Virus record (IMG/VR): IMGVR_UViG_3300023179_000149
Location: 1 to 52,217 of that record
Reading direction: 5' to 3' (one strand)
DNA length: 52,217 bases
Origin: a virus
Taxonomy: Duplodnaviria > Caudoviricetes
Below the pieces are notes generated by a model. It was not told the DNA's origin and did not search any database. It was given only the letters and a program-made list of their open reading frames with translations. A program made the position numbers and the translations under genes. Shown here one piece after another: positions 44,990-52,217 of the stretch. The stretch's first letter is position 1; each line of letters starts with the position of its first letter.

Positions 44990-45460
44990 TTATTTTTTGT
45001 AATCTAAGTTGGATTTTAGCAGCCACTGATTTTTTTTATGCACCCTGGCCCGTTCAACCCCAAGATCTAAGGTTAGCTGATCTCCAATAAGATTTGACTC
45101 AGTAATTAAATTATTGAAATTACAAGCAAGTGTATCGTGATTTGCAGCTATCTGGAGAATAATTTTGTCTTGGTTAAAACAATCTTCAAACGGTAACTCA
45201 GGCATATTTGAATATGTTAAATCCATTACTGTTTTGGGAGTGGCAATGCCTAAAGAACGAATATGTTCAGCAATTGTATCTATGCCTTCCTCCATTTCAC
45301 GATATATTTTTTCTGTCAACAAATGAATTTCATAAAATTTACCCCCCATTAGCCCCCAATGAACAAGCTGGGTTTGGTGGTAAACATTTACAGAATCTCT
45401 TAAGCACTGCACCAGAAGGCAATAGCAAGAAGTTTTTTTATCGGTTAGATCTTTTACCAT
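44990..45460 (-). CDS. dps: Dps / ferritin-like protein
   Basis: HW...G..F...H...E..Y.......D..AE.IR.LG and H.K..W.L. Confidence 0.9.
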   Translation of the reverse strand: MVKDLTDKKTSCYCLLVQCLRDSVNVYHQTQLVHWGLMGGKFYEIHLLTEKIYREMEEGIDTIAEHIRSLGIATPKTVMDLTYSNMPELPFEDCFNQDKIILQIAANHDTLACNFNNLITESNLIGDQLTLDLGVERARVHKKNQWLLKSNLDYKK

Positions 45461-45465
45461 TTAAA

Positions 45466-45738
45466 TTACCAAAGGTGTGAGCACGCCCAGTATTTGGGCG
45501 TATTTTTATCCATAGGTTTATCACATCCCATTCTAGCCCTGAAATTTTTTCGTCGATCTTTATCTTTATGTTGAGTATAGTCCTCATAGCCCCTTCTTCC
45601 GTAACGAACTATGGCCTCTTTCCCGTCATGACAGGACTTAACAACCCATTTATGGGTATCTCCAGCTGGGGCACGTTGTGGTTTATTACACCTCATGTGC
45701 TCTTTTGATAAACGCTTAGCTTTAGCGTGATCTGCCAT
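45466..45738 (-). CDS. Basic viral protein, DUF5754/DUF6321-like
   Basis: G..GYEDYTQHKD..RR..FRAR..C......YW....LW. Confidence 0.65.
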   Translation of the reverse strand: MADHAKAKRLSKEHMRCNKPQRAPAGDTHKWVVKSCHDGKEAIVRYGRRGYEDYTQHKDKDRRKNFRARMGCDKPMDKNTPKYWACSHLW

Positions 45739-45740
45739 AT

Positions 45741-45923
45741 CTAAATTCGACCGGCTAGATTGGTTGCTACATCTTGAGACACGGCACCTTTATCCGCAAT
45801 CTCAAATGGGTCTGGCCTTCTGTAAGAATTTAATTTTTGAACATAGCCAGCAAGGAACTCAGATGGGGCCATTGTTGGTTGTTGTCTATCAAGTTGCAAT
45901 CCATCCAACATATGCATCCTCAC
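45741..45923 (-). CDS. Small late-type protein
   Basis: FLAGY motif; fills the gap. Confidence 0.55.
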   Translation of the reverse strand: MRMHMLDGLQLDRQQPTMAPSEFLAGYVQKLNSYRRPDPFEIADKGAVSQDVATNLAGRI

Positions 45924-46299
45924 AAATATATGGAATAGCCTGATAAGCGGCGGCTAGGTTTAAGGACTTTGGTTTTTGCTCTGTCCATTCTTTAATCTTA
46001 TCAGCCCTTTCTTTAGTGTATTTAGGATTGTCTTCTGTGTACCATAAGTCAAGTTTTTGGGATCCTTTAGAGGAATTGCAAGAACAGCAACAACAAGCAA
46101 GATTATTTCTTGAATTATGACCACCCTTATGTTTTGGAATAATGTGATCGATTGTAGCGGTATTATGACAGAGTTGTTTTTCACAATAAGCACAATTCCA
46201 ATTCCACGCTTCAAAAATACTTTGACGAAATTTTTTTCGAGCAAATTTTGGAGTAAGGACAATTAGTTCAACTAAGAGTTCGTTCTCAGTGTGAAACAC
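45889..46299 (-). CDS. HNH endonuclease
   Basis: CAYC...TIDHIIP...GG....NL...C..CN..KG. Confidence 0.92.
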   Translation of the reverse strand: MFHTENELLVELIVLTPKFARKKFRQSIFEAWNWNCAYCEKQLCHNTATIDHIIPKHKGGHNSRNNLACCCCSCNSSKGSQKLDLWYTEDNPKYTKERADKIKEWTEQKPKSLNLAAAYQAIPYICEDAYVGWIAT

Positions 46300-46395
46300 G
46301 GTGCTCTCATGCTTCTAAATAAAAGATATGGCACATACATCTGTGTACGTACTAACAACAAAATACAAGATTTAATATAGGCTACACCGGTACGG

Positions 46396-46614
46396 CTAAT
46401 CTGGACTCATAACTTGACATGCTTCTATAATTTGTTTATTGGCCTTTTCTTCTAACTGTTGCTTTAAAATATTAAGAACTTCTAAAGCCCCCTGAACCTT
46501 TAAATAGCCTTCTTTACTAGAAATTAAATTGGCCTCTGCTGTTCTAATTTCTGACGTTAAAGATTTTAGTTGCTCTTGTAATCCTTTCTCCAGCTCTAAT
46601 ACGGTTTCAATCAT
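46396..46614 (-). CDS. Coiled-coil small protein
   Basis: Heptads followed by LKVQGALEVL. Confidence 0.65.
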   Translation of the reverse strand: MIETVLELEKGLQEQLKSLTSEIRTAEANLISSKEGYLKVQGALEVLNILKQQLEEKANKQIIEACQVMSPD

Positions 46615-46665
46615 TAGATTAAAATAACTTTTTTAATATTAACAGATTTTTATTTAAGTGCGCGG

Positions 46666-47916
46666 TTACCAACCGTTTCCCTTGAAGATCCAACCCCAGC
46701 CATTGGCACAGCCGCCATAAAACAAACGTGGGTTTAGGTTTTTAAAACTATAGTGCTTATTTTTACCTGCGCCGGGGGACTGGTTTTCCCATATGCCATT
46801 AACCAAATCCAAGTCTCCGTAGGGGTCCTGAACCAGCCAGTAGGTATCACTGTAACCAGAGATAGTTATGAAGTGTCCGCCGCCACGTGGGGCGTCTACG
46901 GTGCCATGATGAAGTATGCCCACGGCCACGGGTTTACCTTTATCAATCTGATCTTTAATATCCTGTTCTTCTAGGTTTGTACAAAATTTTGCAAATACAT
47001 TAAGAGCTTCTAACGCTTTATAATGCGCGTCCCTAGTGGTTGTATCACCAAAACGGTCAACAATTTTAAAATAATCTGTATCATCTTTTATTCCTTTTAC
47101 GTTGAGATACTTTAAACACATTGCAATTGAACTTGTTTGACATTGGCGCCAACCCTCAGGTCCGTTATCTTTCTGATCAAAGAAAGGAAAGTTACGTAAA
47201 TAGCGCAAATCTCCGTCTTGTGCATAAGGATATATCTTCGGCGTTAATCCACTCCAATGGTCATCGTAAATCCACCATCTACCCATTTTGTTTCCCATTT
47301 CTAACAGAGTATGTTTATCTTTCTTCTCTAAAATTTTATTACCTGGGTAAGTGCGACCCTGATAAACCTTTGCTTTACTGTCGTTAGGAAGTACGTCGGC
47401 AGGCTTGGGTTCTTTTTTAAACCAAGTCTGCTGAAGAGAAGTAACACTAATCGTTTTTATTTCTTTTTTTTGATTATTAACCATACAAAATAACTTAATT
47501 TCTTCTGTTCGACGCCTTATTAAGCCAGGTATACTCTGACCGTCGCCGCCTTTTGTCCACTTTATTAATTCCTGTGTTGCTACAGTATTGGTATCCTCTC
47601 CGTTATTTAAACGTTTGCGTAAAGTAGATTCACCTAACGCACTGGCGCCGACATTATAAGTAAAACTTACAAGTGCATCAAATTGATGTTGATTTAAATT
47701 TATTAAAATTAATTTATTTACTGCTTGTTCAAAAGTATTTAAATCTTTTTGAAGTAGTTGTTCGGCCTGTTGTTCTGTAATTGTCTGGCCAACATATACA
47801 TCATCTCCGGTATGGCCGTACCCTATGGTTAAAACACCGACTACATCATAATAAGAGGTTAGCCTAAGGCCTTCAAATTCTTTTATTAATTTTAAGCCTT
47901 CTGCAGATGTTTTCAC
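46666..47916 (-). CDS. Endolysin: GH24 lysozyme plus C39-like peptidase
   Basis: FEG....Y.D.....TIGYG, FDALVSF.YN.G, GL.RRR..E; C-terminal Q...C..SS.AM, GHF, DPYG. Confidence 0.92.
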   Translation of the reverse strand: MKTSAEGLKLIKEFEGLRLTSYYDVVGVLTIGYGHTGDDVYVGQTITEQQAEQLLQKDLNTFEQAVNKLILINLNQHQFDALVSFTYNVGASALGESTLRKRLNNGEDTNTVATQELIKWTKGGDGQSIPGLIRRRTEEIKLFCMVNNQKKEIKTISVTSLQQTWFKKEPKPADVLPNDSKAKVYQGRTYPGNKILEKKDKHTLLEMGNKMGRWWIYDDHWSGLTPKIYPYAQDGDLRYLRNFPFFDQKDNGPEGWRQCQTSSIAMCLKYLNVKGIKDDTDYFKIVDRFGDTTTRDAHYKALEALNVFAKFCTNLEEQDIKDQIDKGKPVAVGILHHGTVDAPRGGGHFITISGYSDTYWLVQDPYGDLDLVNGIWENQSPGAGKNKHYSFKNLNPRLFYGGCANGWGWIFKGNGW

Positions 47917-47935
47917 GTGACGTTAAGTGTTAATA

Positions 47936-48502
47936 CTAAACTATACCAGAAGTCGTCGTGCTTGAGTTAAACGAAAGATAATCTACACCACCAGAACCAG
48001 TGACGTAATCTGATGTACCAGAAGCAATTACTGAGTCTGACGTAACTAAATTGTTACTAGTGCCTTGTACTGGCCAAGAAGAATACTCTTGCGAAGTGAT
48101 AAAATTAGCCAAATCATCTGTTGTTTTTGTAGCTTTAATTTTTGAAACTTTAAGCCCTGATGCAGTGCGTACGTTTTCCCTCCAGGTTTTAACGGCGGGG
48201 TCCGCCTCTTTTCCATTGTCAACAGAACGGACAATCATCCAATCCGTTGGGCTAAGTAAAGTATTAGCTGTATATCTAGTTTGATCCACCCATTGAATAA
48301 CTAGCTGGTCGTGATCTTTAGGTATTCCTGGAGCCCAATAAAATCTTTGATCATAGTAGGGAGGATCAGGAACCTCAGTAATTCCAATTGCTTTTCGGTC
48401 TTCGGGAGAGGCCAATCGGATCCAGTTTGAAGGGTACTGGGTTCCATCCGGCGTTACAAATGGAGAATCTGGAGATATGGGCTTACCGTTTAAAAGAAAC
48501 AT
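47936..48502 (-). CDS. Cyanophage tail-fibre-associated/assembly protein
   Basis: G.QYP.NW.RLAS......IGI......YDQRFYW, LL..TDW...R. Confidence 0.65.
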   Translation of the reverse strand: MFLLNGKPISPDSPFVTPDGTQYPSNWIRLASPEDRKAIGITEVPDPPYYDQRFYWAPGIPKDHDQLVIQWVDQTRYTANTLLSPTDWMIVRSVDNGKEADPAVKTWRENVRTASGLKVSKIKATKTTDDLANFITSQEYSSWPVQGTSNNLVTSDSVIASGTSDYVTGSGGVDYLSFNSSTTTSGIV

Positions 48503-48629
48503 TACGCCTCAGGTTTTTTAATTATTGTAAACCTTCTTAGCCCCTGCAGCCGTTAGTACACGTGAATGCAAAAGCCTTGCAGCACATTAACTGATTTTAT
48601 GCTAGTCTGGGCCGACAGCGTTCCTACCA

Positions 48630-49481
48630 ATGACAACATTACTTGAAGCCTGGGAGCAATTCAAAGCCGAAAGAGCTATTGCCCTGTGTCCAACCAGCCT
48701 GGTTGCAGACTACAAGCAAGTGGGCAAATGGTTAAATAAATGCCCAATCACAGATTTAAATGAGGGAAGAAAAATATTAACATGGATATTAAGTCAAAAA
48801 CCTGTTAAATCTAGTCGGCGTGTGACAATGTACATAAAATCGTTATATCGTTGGGCATCTAGTGAGGATATAAAATTAATTGATAAAAATCCAATTGTTA
48901 GTTTTAAAATGCCAAAACCACCGCAAGAAGATGTTGATATTATTGTAATTCCACGGCAAGAAACAGAGTTAGTTTTGAAAGCACTTGGATCAAGACAATC
49001 ACGTAACGGAGCCAACTGGGCATTTTATTCTGAGTTTATGTTGCAAACTGCAATGCGCACCGGAGAGGTACGCGCACTTAAATGGGAAGATATAAAAGAA
49101 AATAAAATCCTTGTACATAGCAACTATACTCTTACTCACGGGTACAAGGATTCGACAAAAACAAATAGAAAACGATGGGTTCCTTTGAATAACAGGTGCC
49201 AAGAAATTATGTCTGCTGTATCAAAAACCAATGAATATATTTTCCCCTGGAATAGGTATGCATTTCAAAGTTATTTTTATGATCGAATGAGAGAATTACA
49301 TGAAAGTAAACTTATCCAAAACAGGTATAGGCCATATGACTTACGGCATACTGCAATTAGCCGGTGGATCGAGGCCCAGATTCCAGTAGCTCAAGTTGCA
49401 AACTGGGCAGGTAATAGTTCCGAGGTTATTTGGAAGCATTATGTAAACGTTACTCAGGAATACGAAATGCCGATTTTATAA
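48630..49481 (+). CDS. Tyrosine recombinase/integrase
   Basis: TAMRTGE...L.W.D, KT, YDLRHT, GNS......HY. Confidence 0.92.
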   Translation: MTTLLEAWEQFKAERAIALCPTSLVADYKQVGKWLNKCPITDLNEGRKILTWILSQKPVKSSRRVTMYIKSLYRWASSEDIKLIDKNPIVSFKMPKPPQEDVDIIVIPRQETELVLKALGSRQSRNGANWAFYSEFMLQTAMRTGEVRALKWEDIKENKILVHSNYTLTHGYKDSTKTNRKRWVPLNNRCQEIMSAVSKTNEYIFPWNRYAFQSYFYDRMRELHESKLIQNRYRPYDLRHTAISRWIEAQIPVAQVANWAGNSSEVIWKHYVNVTQEYEMPIL

Positions 49482-49488
49482 AACTACT

Positions 49489-49887
49489 TCATTTAGGATC
49501 AATTTCAGGGCAATCGGGGACCCAAAAACCACACATTCTTATTTCACCACCAAGCAGTGCTTGTGCATTACTTTTGTCTGGAGGCTTTTCGGAGGAAACA
49601 GAAGGACTCAATCTGTTTTTTTTATCTTGTACTAATTCTTCGTACCGTTTAATAGCTTTATCCACGTCACGAGTTACTCTTCTATCTAGAAGAATAGGAT
49701 CATTTATTATAAAATCGTTTAACGGTTTGCTGGGAATGTTCCTTTGAATTTCGTCTGCGGCGTCATAAATTTTGTTTTCAGGTATACCTGTACACTTCGA
49801 TATCAGCGTCACTGTCGTAGTAAATAAAACGCCTATAATTGCATATTTGTAAATATTTTTTGTTTTTTTACCAAAATTAAAGTTCAT
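49489..49887 (-). CDS. Membrane-anchored hypothetical protein
   Basis: TM YAIIGVLFTTTVTLIS. Confidence 0.65.
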   Translation of the reverse strand: MNFNFGKKTKNIYKYAIIGVLFTTTVTLISKCTGIPENKIYDAADEIQRNIPSKPLNDFIINDPILLDRRVTRDVDKAIKRYEELVQDKKNRLSPSVSSEKPPDKSNAQALLGGEIRMCGFWVPDCPEIDPK

Positions 49888-50030
49888 TAATTAGTTGTCA
49901 GTTAGGGGTTTAAGTCTTAATGGGTTAGGTTACGAACCCGGTAGTTAATAGTTTGGAAGTTATCTAGAAAAATTATGTAAAAATTCTTTAAAAATATGCA
50001 ATACTTGTTATATAAGCTCACTAAATAAAG

Positions 50031-50288
50031 TTAATCAGCCTTACGACTGAGGCTTATTAATGTTGTTAATACTGCCATCATCGATGTTACGGCTCTGCTA
50101 TCACTGTCTGCACAGGTTGGCTGAGCTTCGATAGCTTTACCTTCCGGAGTACCTACATACTTAGCGTACCAAGGCCATGCTGTTGGAAAAACATAAAACC
50201 TACAAGCTCCCCACTGAGCGACAGTAAGCAACATGATTGAAGCTGCTGTCGCAAGTATTGAACGCCAGAGCCAGTTAGGCATGATCAC
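50031..50288 (-). CDS. Two-TM small protein, holin candidate
   Basis: Two hydrophobic segments, dual Met at the start, near the endolysin. Confidence 0.45.
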   Translation of the reverse strand: MIMPNWLWRSILATAASIMLLTVAQWGACRFYVFPTAWPWYAKYVGTPEGKAIEAQPTCADSDSRAVTSMMAVLTTLISLSRKAD

Positions 50289-50435
50289 GCAAGCAACTGT
50301 TAAATTAATTGTAACAAACGTTTTGTTTTCACCTTAAATAACAGTTTTGGGCTGACCTTACAACTTTTGTTTAAACAGGCTATACTGAGTAAGTCAGGAA
50401 ATGAAGATAAAACTTTACAATTCCTTACACTTCTG

Positions 50436-50530
50436 AAACCGAGATCACCAGAAGTAAATCATCTCTAATACCCGCATCCGAGGGTGATGTGGGAATAACA
50501 CCAACCGTTCGTCCCCCGAGCTCATAACTA
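50436..50530 (+). ncRNA. PhotoRC-II-like RNA leader of psbA
   Basis: ACCGAGA...TCTCT.ATA, hairpin CCCGCATC-CGAGGGT-GATGTGGG-AATA, as in cyanophage psbA leaders (recalled); TATACT -10 at 50381. Confidence 0.7.
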
Positions 50531-50541
50531 CCCTTTTAAAA

Positions 50542-51621
50542 GTGACCGCTTCAATTGCCTTACAAAAGCAAACAAACCCATGGCAACAATTTTGCCGTTG
50601 GGTAACCTCAACTGAAAATCGGTTGTACGTGGGTTGGTTTGGAGTCCTAATGATTCCAACACTTCTTGCTGCCGCCACCTGCTTTACCATAGCTTTTATT
50701 GGTGCCCCTCCTGTCGATATAGATGGGATTCGTGAGCCTGTATCTGGCTCTTTACTTTATGGAAACAACATTATTTCAGGAGCCGTTGTCCCCTCCTCAA
50801 ATGCAATCGGATTACATTTCTATCCAATTTGGGAAGCTGCTTCCCTTGATGAATGGCTCTACAACGGTGGGCCATTCCAGCTCGTCGTATTCCACTTCCT
50901 CATTGGCATCTTTGCTTACCTGGGACGCGAATGGGAACTTAGCTATCGATTAGGAATGCGCCCCTGGATCTGCATTGCCTACAGCGCCCCTGTGGCTGCT
51001 GCATCTGCAGTGTTCCTTGTGTATCCCTTTGGTCAGGGTTCCTTCTCTGATGCAATGCCCCTGGGTATTTCAGGCACCTTCAACTACATGTTGGTGTTCC
51101 AAGCTGAGCACAACATTCTTATGCACCCCTTCCACATGCTTGGAGTAGTTGGTGTATTCGGTGGATCACTTTTTAGTGCAATGCATGGTTCGCTTGTAAC
51201 GTCTTCATTGGTTCGGGAAACCACAGAAAACGAATCGCACAATTATGGTTACAAGTTTGGCCAAGAAGAAGAGACCTACAACATTGTGGCCGCCCACGGT
51301 TATTTTGGACGCCTTATTTTTCAATATGCATCTTTCAATAACTCACGTTCGCTTCATTTCTTCTTAGCTGCTTGGCCAGTAGTTGGCATTTGGTTCACTG
51401 CTTTAGGTGTCTCTACAATGGCATTTAATCTTAACGGATTTAATTTCAACCAGTCAATTGTTGACAGTCAGAATCGTGTCGTCCAAACCTGGGCAGACAT
51501 TTTGAACCGTGCTGGACTTGGCTTAGAAGTTATGCATGAAAGAAATGCTCACAACTTTCCATTAGATCTTGCTGCTTCTGAGTTAACCTCTGTTGCGCTA
51601 ATTGCACCTTCTATTGGTTAA
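50542..51621 (+). CDS. psbA: Photosystem II D1 protein
   Basis: Full-length D1: [38 protein letters not shown]; GTG start; no intron. Confidence 0.99.
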   Translation: MTASIALQKQTNPWQQFCRWVTSTENRLYVGWFGVLMIPTLLAAATCFTIAFIGAPPVDIDGIREPVSGSLLYGNNIISGAVVPSSNAIGLHFYPIWEAASLDEWLYNGGPFQLVVFHFLIGIFAYLGREWELSYRLGMRPWICIAYSAPVAAASAVFLVYPFGQGSFSDAMPLGISGTFNYMLVFQAEHNILMHPFHMLGVVGVFGGSLFSAMHGSLVTSSLVRETTENESHNYGYKFGQEEETYNIVAAHGYFGRLIFQYASFNNSRSLHFFLAAWPVVGIWFTALGVSTMAFNLNGFNFNQSIVDSQNRVVQTWADILNRAGLGLEVMHERNAHNFPLDLAASELTSVALIAPSIG

Positions 51622-51641
51622 TAAATAAATCAACAATTTAC

Positions 51642-51668
51642 AAGACCTTCCTTGGAGGGTCTTTTTTT
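51642..51668 (+). terminator. psbA terminator
   Basis: AGACCTTC...GAGGGTCT followed by a T-tract. Confidence 0.8.
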
Positions 51669-51685
51669 ATTGAAAAAGTTAAAAA

Positions 51686-52120
51686 CTATTGTAATTCTGC
51701 GTGATCGGAGATTGGTCCCCCATAAAGCCACGCATCGCAACTACGTGCACCAGCACACTTAAATTTAAATAATTGACAGTAACCTAAGTTTGCTCTTTCT
51801 TGGACATCCCAAGGATTTGCTATTTCTCTTTCGTTAATACCTTCAATTATGCAATTTAAAATTTTATCGGACTGATCAAAAGCAGCGCAATTACAGCAAC
51901 GAGCTGTTTGGGCGGTTTCAACGTCCGTGTTCCACATATCTGCTTTTTCTTCCCAAAACCCGTGGTCAGGAACCGAAGGGTTCATAGGACCGTACCTAAA
52001 TTTATCTATAGTCCAATTTCTATTTTTTACGTTTTCTTCTACATTTATGGTTGCGCTAGGACAAACGTTACTCACTTGTGAGACACGTTTATTTAAGAAA
52101 ATTTTGGTTTTTTTGTTCAT
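51686..52120 (-). CDS. Cys-rich conserved phage protein
   Basis: YGP.NP, C.NC.AF, GYC....FKC...R.C.AW. Confidence 0.75.
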   Translation of the reverse strand: MNKKTKIFLNKRVSQVSNVCPSATINVEENVKNRNWTIDKFRYGPMNPSVPDHGFWEEKADMWNTDVETAQTARCCNCAAFDQSDKILNCIIEGINEREIANPWDVQERANLGYCQLFKFKCAGARSCDAWLYGGPISDHAELQ

Positions 52121-52217
52121 TACTTAATTATAAACAGATAAATCAAAGCAATACAGTTAAAGAGATGCTTAGTTGACCGAACTAGTGGCGATGACTACTC
52201 GTGATCGGGAAGTTGTT

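Noticed and set aside
21548-51621. Introns or inteins in polA, the primase-helicase or psbA; reverse transcriptase, DGR or retron
   Set aside because: ORFs are continuous and of normal length; no RT motifs or template/variable repeat pair seen.
1-52217. Alternative genetic code or stop-codon recoding
   Set aside because: Known genes translate full-length with the standard code and TAA, TAG and TGA all act as stops.
52160-52217. 3' end of a minus-strand gene or an RNA at the window edge
   Set aside because: Too little sequence to call.

Overview
The window is a fragment of a large, AT-rich dsDNA cyanophage, probably infecting a freshwater Synechococcus/Cyanobium-type host (inferred from the psbA type and nblA-like genes). 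No capsid, portal or terminase gene is recognisable here. Layout: (i) 1-6179, minus-strand Gly/Ala/Gln-rich putative virion or ejection proteins; (ii) 6180-6950, a divergent non-coding region with an 11-bp x5 repeat; (iii) about 7000-21500, small plus-strand early genes (SSB, PcfJ-like, GP88-like, ThyX) punctuated by many structured RNA-like elements; (iv) 21500-33600, replication and recombination genes (PolA, dCMP deaminase, two-OB-fold SSB, DUF5895-like, SWIM, Gp157-like, SpeD, PD-(D/E)xK nuclease, Prim-Pol/PriCT-2/D5 helicase); (v) 33600-52217, mixed late and auxiliary genes (NblA, 2OG-Fe oxygenase, Dps, HNH, endolysin, tyrosine recombinase, psbA with a PhotoRC-II-like leader). The most interesting signals are non-coding: repeated intercistronic mini-tRNA-like junctions followed by a covarying pseudoknot, a duplicated covarying leader hairpin, and a CC(TT)TGCAC motif before many start codons. 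In addition, two short peptide motifs (R-[FML]-A-G and F-[LI]-x-x-Y) are shared across otherwise unrelated late proteins. Family names are recognised by eye from motifs and RNA structures were paired by hand; no searches or folding programs were run.
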